NCBI GenBank assembly: GCA_030141605.1
Contig: JAQGDQ010001624.1
Span: forward strand, 1-32,131
DNA: 32,131 nt
Source: Tubiluchus corallicola
Taxonomy: Eukaryota; Animalia; Priapulida
Reading direction: 5' to 3'
Below are positions 13,425 to 26,422 of this stretch, one piece after another (positions within the stretch are counted from its first letter, which is position 1; each line of letters starts with the position of its first letter). The position numbers and the translations under genes are program-made. The notes under the pieces are model-generated. The model did no database searches and was not told where the DNA came from. It saw nothing but the letters and a program-made list of their open reading frames with translations.

Positions 13425-16073
13425 GTAATAATAAGTAATACCGTCACCTAGGCTAGTGTTTTCAGAGACGATAGAATGGAGACAAAATTGATTTTGATGA
13501 AACATGATACTTCACATCTGATTATTGAGCCTACCGGATTTCTCTGCCATATCCATGTTGCCACTTGCATGGAAATTACAAACAGTTAATTTAATTAGGT
13601 TAAATCCAGCAGTCGTCCATTAATGAGTCAGGGTTAATGGAGCAAAATTAATACCTATTCGTACTTCAGCAAACCTACAGTAGCTATAATGCAACCACAC
13701 TACAAGATTGGCCTATCAGTGCCTGAATGGATCGAATTAGATACTTAGAAGTAATGACTCACAATAAATTTACCATTCAGCTTGCGCACTGAATGCATAT
13801 AACATATTGGTTCAAAAATATTAATTCTCTGAGTTCTCAGTCTTTTTCTAAGTTGCCAAAATAGCGCATATGTTAAACGGAAGCATTTTTAAATGGAACA
13901 AACAATATTCTCTTCTGTGACAGCTTTATAGATACTTGATACGTACTCTCCAAACGCTCTATGCAAAAAATTCATTAGACTGTACCTAATGTACATGGGG
14001 TATAATTATTACCAGTAAGGGAAACCACAACACCATCATTATCCTACTCGCTGTGAGCATTTACGAATGACCAAAGGTTGAAGGCTGAATTTCAAAAAAA
14101 ATTATTGGCAAGTTAGAGATGTATGTCTATTCTCGTGCCTTCCTCTGCAACGATCTGTCGACAATTGGCTTCATTACAAATTGGCTTCATTATATTTTAT
14201 GTTGGTTTACAGTGCGGCATGAACATCAGCAACAACAGCAACAACATTAGTTAGTTTGCAGTGGGAGTGACATTGCGAAAAATGATGACAAGGACAAAGA
14301 AATAGTAATGACAAGAAAAAAGAACAACAGTGACGACGAGGAAAATAATGCCCATTACTGAGACCACCTAACCACTGAGCCATATTATACCAATAAGCTA
14401 TCTTGTTATGGCGAATGCTCATGGTGACAACAACAGCAAAAATTTACAACAGAAATGACAACAGAATTAATTGTGCTGATAAAAAGCAAAAGCAATCTTG
14501 CCACATACAACAACAGCGATGGTGACTGCAACAACAGTTTTGATGATGACAACGGCAACAATGTCGACTACACAATGATGAAGACAACTACAGTAACAGG
14601 GGCAGCAAAACACAATGCAGAGGACAACAATTATGACGTTGATAATATCAGGTGGAATAAGCAATTTGGTTGCGGCGTGTTTCATGAGCAAAGCCAAGCA
14701 ATCAGGAAAAATTGGTGAGTGAATGGATGGGTGATCACTAGGCCTAATATTCGCTTCGAGAAGTTTCATTTTAAGTACAGATTCTTGTTGAAGGAGGGTG
14801 TATCCTTAGAGTATTAGCATTAGTTGGAATATGTAACTGATTATTCTAAGTTAAGTTTATCGAACATTAGAATTCATAATGCCTAATGTTTTGTGAAAGA
14901 ATTCTTTAGCTGAAGCTATGGAAAAGCAGCAACCGACATCATGGAAAACATCCGACAGAGACACCTGCAGTTGCTCATGTCAAGATGACGAGACGCTTGT
15001 ACTTAGTAAGATATAGAGAGGTTTTGGCTTTGAGACGTTGATTTGAGTGGGAGCTCTGGGTTAACAAGAAGGAGTCACTGACGAGCTTCATTATATAGTT
15101 GACAGGAAACACTGATTGAACACTGTATAAATCATAAGAAATGTAGAGAACTTATCTGATCTTGATATGAATGATTATTCTTTACGTTCTTTATGTTATA
15201 ATTTGCATTTTATCCCATATTAATATATATGTATTATATATTAATATATTATATATAATATGTAATCTTTACTCTTTCAAATTCGACCTACCATGATGCT
15301 TTTTACTAACCCTCATACGCCATCATGAACATAAATACCTTAGAAGAATAAGACCTGATTCTTAAACTAAGACAGCAATGCATCCACAACAAAACCAGTT
15401 AAAACATAAAAACTTCCACTTCTTGATAATATGCAGTATTGCTTTTCAACTGCAACCAAGTTCTGGATTCAAGTTTGCTGAGTTCCAAATTGTATAAAAA
15501 AGAAAACAATAATATGACAACATGATATTCCACATTATTGCTAAAAGATTTGAGACCAAGTTTATTTTGCCTAGAAGAAAAAAACGAAAATGTGAGATTA
15601 AGGCTCAGATATGAATTGATAGACACTATATATTGCGCATGGTATAAGCCCAAAAATCCATAATGTCCCTTTGTGATTTATGGCACATCCCAATTCAAAT
15701 GCAACAATCAAACCGACTAAAAATTACTCTCAATATGTCGTGCAGCTCGGTATAACTTTTTGAAATTCAGCAAAAATTATGTGAAAGATTTATGAAAAAT
15801 TACAGTTACAGCCAGTCAATCATTCAAAAGCGAGTCTTGACTCTGGAGTGGACCACTTGATCCTTATAATCATATCTGATCGCCAACTGGTCGTGGCGAA
15901 GTTTTTGAGCTGGAAACATTCGGGGCACAAAATTAAAAATGAAGCAGTTATGTGCCATTGCTGTATGGACGAAATAAAATCCGTAGTTTGTGCTAAAAAG
16001 TATTGCAGAAAAATGAATAAATTATGACACTCCCTGACAGTGAAATCTCATATACCAAGGAAATTTCTAAACT

Positions 16074-16565
16074 ATGCTTACAAAAGAAGACGTTCTTTCC
16101 TGGTTTAAGGAATTACCAGGAGCTAAGCGAATAGATTTCATGTGCGCGTTGGTGAATTTATGTGTACCTTTGGAACTGAGATTTTTAGGAACGTGTGTTG
16201 AAGATTTAGCCAAGAGAGATTTTCATTATCTTAGAGATCAAGAAAATAAGTCAAATTCTTCCGCTGAAGTATGCAAATTGACTGATATAGCTGATTGTGT
16301 TGTGAGAAGTAAATTGATCATTACTTTAGCTCTGTTGTACTCTTCAAATTATACGTGTTCAAACATCTTATTTCGTACTCTGGCAAACGTTAAATCAGTT
16401 TTTTCAACACTGCCTGGTAATGATAAGGTTATAAGCGAGTTGGAGTTGTTACTTGCGTTAGCTGCTAATCATCCTGCATTTACGTTCGAACAAAAACAGA
16501 TGCTATGTTTGCTACAGAATGAAGTTAATCAGTTGTTTACGGATCCCAAGAACAGTATAGCAGAG
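16074..16565 (+). CDS. ZCCHC14: ZCCHC14/ZCCHC2-family protein, coding exon 1 (164 codons, conserved N-terminal region)
   Basis: MLTKEDVLSWFKELPGAKRIDFMCALVNLCVPLELRFLGTCVEDLAKRDFHYLRDQENKSN...LLLALAANHPAFTFEQK resembles the ZCCHC14/ZCCHC2 N-terminus (PLELRFLGxCxEDLA and HPAFxFxQK motifs). It ends at the donor GAG|GTGAGT, phase 0. An invertebrate copy is probably co-orthologous to both vertebrate paralogues. Confidence 0.93.
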
Positions 16566-16899
16566 GTGAGTTAAGTTATTATTAGAATAAAAAGGGTTAT
16601 TTCTTGTTATTGTCTAATGAGAAGTGTGTGTTGCTACTGCTAGCATTCCGTTGTCCGTGTTTAATACCAGTACTTTAAACAAAACTTGAACAGTTAATAG
16701 TAATTGTCCCGATCTATAGGCTCCTGGTGAATTGACAATGAATTTTAGCCACTTGTCATACCATTTTACCATCTCTGCAGTGGAAGTGTTAGTCCTTGTG
16801 ACTTTAGGCTGATCGTTTTGTCTCACCAAAAACATCAGTATCTGAAGCTAAATAAACAGAAATTACAAAAAAAACACCAAGTTAGCAGGAACAGTGACA

Positions 16900-18150
16900 A
16901 CAAGCCATAATCATGGATGTTACAGCAAGCAAAGCTCCAGGGTGGGACGTAACAATAGGCAGCCTAGTGCTCATCAAATCAATTTTTGAAGGTATTTATG
17001 TTCTGACCGAAACCACTTGTGCTGGCAGTGTAATGTTTTCTAGGGGTTTACTGGATGATTTCCGTAAAACAGCTCTCTCTGAGCTTTAGAGGAACTGCAT
17101 TAGGCTAACTTGCAATGACAGTCTTTTGTGGTAGGTCGTTGAACGTCTCTAGTCTTATTGGACTCAGCAACAATGACTAAGTGAGAGCACCATATTCGTG
17201 CCTTTAGCTTGTACTGGTCACCATGCATAAGCGGAACACTCTAAAGTGTGTTCTTAGCAAAGCATTAAACAGACGCTTCTCATATCCGTATTCATATACG
17301 CATAGGATTGACAAGTGGTTCCGATAGAGTTTGCCTAGTTGCAATTTGTTGCTCGATATGCTCTGAGAACTTTAATTGATTGCTGATTAGGACCCCGTAA
17401 ATCCTTTTCCTCTGTGGTGTTCGATATTAAACTAGCATCTGTCCAGTAGTCATGGGCTGGACCACACAAACCAAGTGGGAGGGTCTTACATGTACTGGAA
17501 TTGAACTTGAGTTGCCATCAGTTTGCACCAATTGTTTAAAAGCATCTTCCTACAATGTATCATAGTTATTTGGCAAAATTGTTTCATATTGTCAGTGAAA
17601 AGGTCACAGATGCTATCAGGCAAATCATTAATAAAGCAGATAAGCAAAATTGGACCTAGGATGCCACCCTGCGGAATCCCACTAAGAACAGGCAGCTAAT
17701 CAGATGTGTCTCCATCAGCCATAGCTCTCTACACTCGGCTTTGCGAGAAATTGTTGGTTCATGTTAGCAAATTCCACGGGTTCTTAGGTCATGCAGTTTC
17801 TCGGGCAAACAAGGAAGTGGCACAGAATCAAAGTCAGAGTATATTACGTCAACTGGGATATGTTGTTTTAGGGATGCAGTCCCGTGACTGACCACGCTTG
17901 AGACGTACGTTAGTTAAGCATGAGTAACCACTCACGAATCCATGTCCGTGAACGACAGTAAATTGTTCCATTATTGCATACCGGACAATTTTCTCCAGTA
18001 GCTTTCTGATCGAATACTGAACCAGACCGTGGAAAAATACCAAAGGCGGTTCTTGGTATATTAAAAATATGAATTAGCTCCTTTACCTCAACTCTTTCAT
18101 GTGTATGGTGATCAAGCTGCATTGAAATTATTTACTCTAAATATGATCCT
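16900..18150 (-). mobile_element. Decayed, 5'-truncated LINE (CR1/L2-group) reverse transcriptase fragment, antisense in intron 1
   Basis: Minus-strand motifs in order: KLLEKIV..HGFVSGYSCLTN, VDVIYSDF.DSVP, SGIPQGGILGPILLICFINDLPD, LFTDNMK (decayed FADD), WQLKFNSSTCK, EEKDL.GV, LPAQVV..NTFKN. Stops and frameshifts throughout, ends approximate. Confidence 0.9.
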
Positions 18151-18554
18151 GCTGAGGTATTTGTGCGTCGGTTCCTGGACACGCCTGCTTGCAACTCAGC
18201 AGCATGTTTTAAAAAATTTAGTCAAGACTGGCAAGATTAGTTACGGCTTACAATCTAGAGTTTTTCCAAACAGCAAAACTGACTATGACATTGTTACAAC
18301 TAAGCGTGCGGGAAATGGTGGTTTCATGTTTAAGACCTCACTAAAACTTCTAGACTAACAGCTGCAACATCAATGAACTCGAAAATGAGAAAAGAAGCCA
18401 GAAAGTTGTCTTGAGTACAATTTGAATTCGTTTCGTTTTGTTTAGTCGTGAAACTCCAAAATGCAAGCTTATTTTTTGTTTTTTTTTACCATTAGTACTT
18501 AATATGTTGCTTTTAACCTGCAATGAATTATTCTAGATAACTAGTTAGTTTTAC

Positions 18555-19052
18555 TTTTTACCACATTCATTTCAACAATAGTGGACATTGTTTTGTTCCT
18601 TTTTCACTACATTCATTTCAACAATAGTGGACATTGTTTTTTCCTTTTTCACTACATTCATTTCAACAATAGTGGACATTGTTTTTTTCCCTTTTCACTA
18701 CATTCATTTCAACAATAATAGACATTGTTTTTTTCCTTTTTCACTATATTCATTTCAACAATAGTAGACATTGTTTTTTCCTTTTTCACCACATTCATTT
18801 CAACAATAATAGACGTTGTTTTTTTCCTTTTTCACTACATTCATTTCAACAATAATAGACATTGTTTTTTTCCTTTTTCACTACATTCATTTCAACAATA
18901 GTAGACATTGTTTTGTTCATTTTTCACCACCTTCATTTCAACAATAGTAGACATTGTTTTTTTCCTTTTTCACTACATTCATTTCAACAATAGTAGACAT
19001 TGTTTTGTTCCTTTTTCACCACCTTTATTTCAACAATAGTAGACATTGTTTT
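18555..19052. repeat. About 46-bp tandem repeat, about 11 copies
   Basis: Unit TTCACTACATTCATTTCAACAATAGTAGACATTGTTTTTTTCCTTT. Confidence 0.95.
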
Positions 19053-19430
19053 GCAGTGTGTCAAACTGCACATACAAACAGTTTTTCTTTCTTAAACATT
19101 TGCTGGCATATACCATACCATGCTTGAACGAACATGACTTGACAACTGCCCCACATTTCTTGATAGTATCCAGTAAACATGTTGTTAAAATTTCTGCTTG
19201 TGTTGCGTACCTTGTTAGTGAGTGTAGGGGTTGGGCTGGTACTAAAAAAATGCACGTGCTTTGAATTTTGAACTTCTTAAAAATCTTAATATTTTTCAAA
19301 GTATCAGCAACAAATTGTATGTTGAACAATTGTCAGTTAACTAAAGCAAAGCCCAAGTTTCTCCTTACGTAGTAATTTTTGGCTAAAGTTTGCAATTCCC
19401 TGCACACAAGAAATTAGTTCATGAAGGGCA

Positions 19431-19500
19431 TTAGGATTAGGGTTAGGGTTGGGATTCAGGTTGGCATTAGGATTGAGTTAGGATTGGGTTAGGGTTAGGG
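19431..19500 (+). repeat. Degenerate interstitial (TTAGGG)n tract
   Basis: About 12 hexamers in register, several of them perfect TTAGGG. Confidence 0.8.
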
Positions 19501-19810
19501 TATTTGAATTGTGAACAGTAAATTCCCTCCTAATTTTTTATGAAGCACTGTTCACACTGTCATACTTTAAACTTAAAGCCATTTTAAATAAATTGCTGTA
19601 AAGTAAATTGATAAATCTAGAATATTCATGATAGATCAATCAATCAATCAATTTATTTCACTCCAGCAATACATATACAATACATCAACATACAATATTA
19701 TTGAAACAAAAAGAAACAGTATAGGTAAAAACACGTTGATGAAGTCAAATTAACCAAATAAAAGAGTTGCTGTATGACATCTTGAAAGCTTGGCTTGTTA
19801 AGGTGGCAGA

Positions 19811-20260
19811 AATGAGTGAATGAAAGAATGCTTAGGGTTAGAAGAAATGATGGAATGGAAAAAATAGTAAGATTAGGTATAGGAAGAAGGAAGGGAGGGG
19901 AGGATGAGTGAATGAAAGAATGGTTAGGGTTAGTAGACATGATGGAATGGAAAAAATAGTAAGATTAGGGATAGGAAGAAGGAAGGGAGGGGAGGATGAG
20001 TGAATGAAAGAATGGTTAGGGTTAGTAGACATGATGGAATGGAAAAAATAGTAAGATTAGGGATAGGAAGAAGGAAGGGAGGGGAGGATGAGTGAATGAA
20101 AGAATGGTTAGGGTTAGTAGACATAATGGAATGGAAAAAATAGTAAGATTAGGGATAGGAAGAATGAAGGGAGGGGAGGATGAGTGAATGAAAGAATGGT
20201 TAGGGTTAGTAGACATGATGGAATGGAAAAAATAGTAAGATTAGGGATAGGAAGAAGGAA
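19811..20260. repeat. 92-bp purine-rich tandem repeat, about 5 copies
   Basis: Period 92 (pseudo-ORF starts at 19940, 20032, 20124, 20216). Each unit contains TTAGGGTTAG. Confidence 0.95.
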
Positions 20261-22914
20261 AAGAGGAGAAGAAACGACCAATAGATTTTCACATGATGGA
20301 AATATTGCGTGTAAAAAGCTTGAATTAGTAGATTAGTTAAATCACTAAGCTTAATTTAATGAGTTTTTTTACAATTTTTGTGGCAATTTCATTGATCTTT
20401 TGTCAATAAATTCTAACAATATCATCGTCTAAATGAGTATTTTGTGGGTTTTGAATAGAAATTTTGGCACTCTTGTCTCTCATGAATACAAATTATAGCA
20501 TTTTGAATTATTTTCAGTTTAACGGTTGTTTGAGTTAACAGTATAATAATTTAACATTTAATAGCTGTTTGAAAATCTTGACCCAGCTGCTCCAACCCTA
20601 GGTGTTTCACAAGTTACTGTACATTTTGCATAAACAAGGTAAACAATGATGTATGTTTTTCTTAATTTCAAGAATTGGATGAAAATCCAAAAAGACTTCG
20701 ACTGTTTTTGAAGCACTTAAGCTAACGATTAGCCCACATGCATTCCCGACGTCAGCATTCCAAGTTAAATGCGCATTGATCTCTCATTATGACAGCCTCA
20801 TAAATAACTGCAGAGAGTCAAACTACAATGTACACCCGGAAACTCTAGAAGGGCTTAGTGCACCTCTACCAGACGGGGATATATTTATTTCGAATTATTG
20901 TAAATACAATATTGATTCAGTTAGCTGTGTAAATAAGTGAATAAAAACAATATCGGTTAGTAGTTAAAAAAACTCAGACATTTACACAAATAAAATGTGC
21001 CATTAACTAACATACATATATGATATATTATGTAAGAAGATAGTTATGCTTTACTTTCATGCTGTATCTCTACCCCGACTTGCAGAGTCTCAAACTGTAT
21101 AAAAAAATGCCATTGCCTGGGTCTAAACCCCAATCTTGAATTGAAACTGAACTGAATTGAACCATGAAACGACCGAGTATTTTATGTTGAAGCACACAAC
21201 TTGTCAAATGTACATGTTGTCCCAAAAGTGAGTTAGCAGCTGATAGGAATTAAACAATGCCTGGCAGAAATTAAACAATGCCTGCTGAAAGTTCGACTAA
21301 TTTGACAAAATGTCACGTCTAAAACGAAGTGCTTTTTATAGAAAAGCACTGCAAACAGTCTGTTGGGTTTTTCACTTAGTCATTTGGCTATCTGTATTTT
21401 TCTAAGCTTGTCCTTCACTGCCTGGTCATGTTTCTAGTCAGGCGTGTTTATTTACTTTTACTTAGGTTACATATTAACCGAGCTATTTCCTGCTTTATGC
21501 GCATGATGCACAAGCATTCTGTTTTATGCAAAAATGACAGTGTAAAAACAATGTGTTACACTCACACGTACTAATTGGAAGAACTTTTTAACTAAACTGA
21601 CATCATAGCTATGTTATTTAAGCAAGTAAGTCAGTTAACTGCAAAAATTATTGTTTTTGTATTGCGCATAAAATTTCATAACATTTGATTATTTTTTCCT
21701 TGTGTTTTAGCATAATTAACCATCAAATTTAACTATAGAAATGTTTAGAATAAATTAAAGCACACGTGAATGACTAAGTGTTTTAGTTTAAATGTCGTTT
21801 TATTCAATAACAAAGATTACAATACGTCATGAACAGAGAGTTTTACAACTGATAGACTTTCTTGCCAGTGGAATGTAACACTTAGTAGACTGTAGACAAT
21901 AGACAAACAGTAGAAGCATTACATTATGACTACTAGCAGTATAGATACACGCATAGCATAGTATTAAGACGACATTAATGTTACCATGTAATCAATATAC
22001 ACATGTCAGTAGTTAGTTAGTTAGTAATATACATTTCTGTACAAGCTTAAATACTTGGATATTAAGAGATATATTTTACTGTTAATTGCCATGAAGAAGC
22101 AGATAAACGAGTTCGTTTGTTGACAGATTATAAATTCTAATATTATTATTATTAATTATTATTAAATTTCCAGTTTAGTTTCATACATAATATTAATAAT
22201 AATAATGTAATTATATGAGGAATTAACAAAGTACAGAGTTTGTTTAGTAATATATCTCGATATAGTAGTATATCATGAGCCTGGTGATATAATGGGTAGC
22301 TGATTAGAAAATTACTAACTCTTCCAAAAGAGGAACTGCATCTACAGGTAGATAAAAGAGGGGTTACATCCTCTCTGTCTCAGGCTACAGTTTAGTTGAG
22401 GAAAGACTAAGAGTTTCAGTAGACTGGTATGATAGTCCCGTGTTTGCTTGGTAGTGTGGGAGGACACAGCCAAATTTCATTCACTCCTGGTAGTGATTTT
22501 ACACTTCTAAGAAATGCGCAACTTTGCTTGGTTTAACAGAAACCAGCTGCATTAAACAAAATTGGAGCAGATTTTTGGTTCACAGTTATTAGAGAACTTG
22601 TAATTTAATCTGCAGAAACTATGAATAAACCAATGTGAAAATATTTGAACATCTATGGTTAAAATATTTGAACATCTATGGTTTTTCACATTGAACCTGT
22701 GTTGGACTTTTTTACAGATTGTTCAAATAATGAGATTCATTTTCGTTTAGTTTAGATTTAGAGGAGTGTCCTAAAATCTTAATTTAGTACTGTTGAAACA
22801 AGTTTATTTTTAAGTTTGCTTGCTTGGTAAACTATTTTGCTTTGAAACGTTTAATTTTTAACGTGATTACAGCAACGGTTATATATGCATTTAAATGTTG
22901 ACAGGGATAGGAAT

Positions 22915-23330
22915 GCAATGGGAAACTTAAAGCACAAGAAAACCCTCCACTTATATAAAGCTTAAGAAATTTGTCTTGAAATTTATATCGCTTACATACT
23001 GCCCTTTTGCATGCCGGGCTTGCGTCGATAGTAACGCTGTATAAGACGCGTAAATTTAAACTCCCGCGATGACCGTCAGGTGCAGCCATTTTGATGGTAG
23101 GTCGTTTAAAACAAGTTTAGATAACATTACATAAGTTTGAAAAAATAATCAGAACATTCTTAGCACACATGTTAGTAACTATGTAAAATTTCATATTACT
23201 GTATCTTGCCAATGAGATTAAAAATATGCTTTTGGTTAGTGAGTGGCGCACCCTGGAGGGTGAGTCAACGACATTTTTACCAATGGGTGAAGACATTGTA
23301 AATTATAATTTCTAGTTGTGAACATAAGTC
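22915..23330 (+). repeat. Dispersed repeat homologous to about 5280-6200, lacking the (GA)n insert; family unknown, ends approximate
   Basis: Shared blocks GTCTTGAAATTT, TTGCGTC..AGTAACGCTGTATAA, AAACTCCC.CGATGAC.GT.AG.TGCAGCCATTTT and AAACAAGTTTAGAT. Confidence 0.8.
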
Positions 23331-23434
23331 TTTCCAGTAGGAAATGAAAAGCTAGGTAATATAGATTTGCATGAGAAGTTTTTTGGACATAATTTGACAT
23401 TGTCTCTTCTTCCCCTGAGTTACGTTGTGTCTAG

Positions 23435-23470
23435 AGGACGTCACGTAATGGCGACTTCGACTGCTGCAAA
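23435..23470 (+). CDS. Candidate 36-nt in-frame microexon of the ZCCHC14-like gene (RTSRNGDFDCCK)
   Basis: Pyrimidine tract and acceptor (tgtctcttcttcccctgagttacgttgtgtctag), an open phase 0-0 frame and donor gtaata. It is a CpG-rich patch in an AT-rich intron whose flanking exons are also phase 0. Confidence 0.5.
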
Positions 23471-24027
23471 GTAATATAACTTTTTAAGTCAATTTTTCCA
23501 AAAATCTACTTCAGGTACCCCTTTTCTTGTCCTTTAAATTAACAGATGACTTCAATCATTTAAGGTAGCTGTCACGTTTTTACATTCTCTCTTCTAGCTT
23601 TGTGTTATGTACATCTGTCTGATTTTAGTTTCAAAAACTCTCTTCATTCTCTCTTTATAACTATCACAAATATACATCACTTGGTTTTCCATACCTCATA
23701 AAATGTTTGTGTAAACATCTGCTTTCATAGCACTTACTCATGTTTGTGAGTAATTCCTTCCTGTACCCCCCACTGACTGAATGGTATTCTCCATGGTTCT
23801 GCTGGCTTCTTAACTGGTTTCTGCTGAGGTAGTTGCGATTGTACAGTTTAAGCTTACATCTACAGTTTGCAGCTAGTATCAGTTATAAATATTTTGATTT
23901 CTGGATAGGAAGCTATTAAAGTCAAATAAAAGTAGCTATGCAAATTTCTATGCTTTTTCTATCTTATTTTATTCACAATGTTTTGCTTTTGCTAAAATTG
24001 TGAATTGTGAGACATTTTTCATTTCAG

Positions 24028-24130
24028 AACAAGGATGAAGAATTGTCGTCGAAAAGGACATCGTCCAATCCTCCAGTCTCTCAGCCTCCTACATCGTCTG
24101 TGTCTAGTCTGGCTCGCACTAGCAAAAAAG
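24028..24130 (+). CDS. ZCCHC14: ZCCHC14-like coding exon 2 (Ser/Pro-rich linker)
   Basis: tttttcatttcag|AAC...AAG|gtatat. Reads NKDEELSSKRTSSNPPVSQPPTSSVSSLARTSKK. Phase 0 in and phase 1 out, matching its neighbours. Confidence 0.8.
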
Positions 24131-24283
24131 GTATATGTATATCTGGTATATAATATATATTTACATGTATATATCATAAGGTTATATATTAAATATATAT
24201 GTGTGTGTGTCTTACAATTCACACAATTGCAGTCATAAAGTAATTTAACTGTACAATGTTTACATCAGTAAAAATGATTAGTA

Positions 24284-24835
24284 TTAAAGGAAAACCGGAC
24301 TATTGTTTGGACTCAATCCCAGTTTAACTTACTGTCCAAAATATACATTTTCTTGCCTATAAAAGTTAACAATTGCTTCTTATATTTGAATAATTAGCTT
24401 AGAAACTTAATAAACGGCAACTGAACACAGCTATTGCTTACGTCAGAAACTAACCACAGTTTGTGCAATGGCAGGCGTCTTCCCTTACGCGTCAAGCAAA
24501 TTTGCATAGGTGTTACAGTACTGCTTAAATGCTTGATGTCACGAATAATGGGCTCTACGTCATATGACATCAGAAACTAACACTGCAGTTCATGATCATG
24601 GTTATCACAGCACTGCCTTCTATTCGTCGGCCATGCGCATTTGACAAAAAGGCGCCGTTGCCAATCTTAGTAGATTCACTGAGCGACGCGTAGCTTTGAA
24701 AGTTTAATGAAATTTGAATGTCCGAGGTAATTATTAGTTAATCTAAGCTTTGATTTAAAATAAGCAGTTGTAGTTTTCAATATTTTAGAGCACTCTTTAT
24801 TCCGAACTAATGTTTACACAATCATTTTCCTTTAA
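24284..24835. mobile_element. Kolobok/T2-like MITE, family B (same termini, different CpG-rich interior)
   Basis: TTAA-AGGAAAACCGGA ... ATTTTCCT-TTAA. Confidence 0.65.
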
Positions 24836-25274
24836 GAACAATAATAATTTATTCAAATTTGAAAATGCATTAACATTAAAAATGTACGAATGGTTTTTAC
24901 ATACATAGAATATTAACATATAAATGATACATACACAATAGGCTGTTATAGATAAAACTAAAATGATAATATATGTATATAAAAAATGTAATCACTAGAA
25001 ATCTGCCATAATTAAGTCCATAAGTCCATATTAAATTTCTAATACATTAAAAAGGCTTTTTTATAATAAAAAGCTTGAACACAGAAAATCAATTCCATTA
25101 AAACAAGCAACATTTATAATCTTTTTGGATTTATGATTCTTGCCCGTTGTTGTTGTGCTTGTATTATCACTTAGGAAAGGCAGACTTCTCATAATCTTGT
25201 TGTCTTGCATATATTTTATACGGTTGTACAATGTTTGAATTCGTTTTGCTATTAAAACATTGAATCTTAAGATT

Positions 25275-25780
25275 CTAGAGATACAATGAGTCATACTCGA
25301 ATGTGAGATACATGGGATGTCTAAAATCCCTGTGTAATGCCTTTCTTAACTCGCTAGCTAGAGTTACAATGAGTCATACTCGAATGTGAGATACATAGGA
25401 TCTCTAAAATCCCCGTGTAACGCCTTTCTTAACTCACTAGCTAGAGTTACAATGAGTCATACTCGTATGTGAGATACATAGGATCTCTTAAATCCCTGTG
25501 TAATGCCTTTCCTAACTCACTAGCTAGAGTTACAATGAGTCATACTCGAATGTGAGATACATAGGATCTCTTAAATCCCTGTGTAATGCCTTTCCTAACT
25601 CACTAGCTAGAGTTACAATGAGTCATACTCGAATGTGAGATACATAGGATCTCTTAAATCCCTGTGTAATGCCTTTCCTAACTCACTAGCTAGAGTTACA
25701 ATGAGTCATACTCGAATGTGAGATACATAGGATCTCCAAAATCCCTGTGTAACGCCTTTCCTAACTCACTAGCTAGAGTT
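25275..25780. repeat. 83-bp tandem repeat, 6 copies
   Basis: ACAATGAGTCATACTCG at 25283, 25366, 25449 and onward. Confidence 0.95.
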
Positions 25781-26017
25781 TTTATGCTTTTGTTAGGTAG
25801 TTTGTACGTATTTATAATATGTTATTTTTAAATAGTAGAATATGTTGTTTTAATTTGCTTGTTTAATCATGCAGAACTACAGCAATCACTCAATACCAAT
25901 CACGTGTCAAAACCACATATGTCTTCAGTTTGCAGATTTGTTTTCTGTTCACCAGCTGTTTACTGCAGCAAGAGGAGGAATATTTCTGAATTTCATTTTC
26001 TCACATTTTTGTTTTAG

Positions 26018-26088
26018 TGTATGTGAAAGATATCAACGTATACGGACATCGACGGAAAACTGACCGACGGTCAGAATATCACTTACGG
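26018..26088 (+). CDS. ZCCHC14: ZCCHC14-like coding exon 3 (start of PX domain)
   Basis: tttttgttttag|TG...CGG|gtgaga. Reads (V)YVKDINVYGHRRKTDRRSEYHLR. Phase 1 in, 0 out. Confidence 0.87.
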
Positions 26089-26422
26089 GTGAGACTGCTT
26101 GTTGTTTTCATGATAAACTGATCATTTCAACTGGGATTCTTTTATCAATGGACTCTTATCACATCCTTACTGTGAAATTAGTTCAGTTTTGTCTTTATTA
26201 TGAAAATGCACACAAGCTGATGTAAATCAAAGTTTCAGTAAGAATTTTTTTAACAAATTTACAACATGACAGCATAATGAAAGAAGAACAGTTTAATGCT
26301 AAAATATTAAATTGAAAACTGGTAACTATTTCCTTCTTAGGTGTAAAAGTTACTTCAGTACTTGGTGCTTTGAATAGTTACTGCATGTACTTAGTTTGTT
26401 TAGTTCACTTATTATTTAATTC

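Noticed and set aside
15072-15120. Second hammerhead-like motif CTGACGA...GAAAC
   Set aside because: No pairable helix II and no UH cleavage site.
15830-15925. Promoter of the ZCCHC14-like gene
   Set aside because: Only a mild CpG-rich patch. No core element can be supported from sequence alone.
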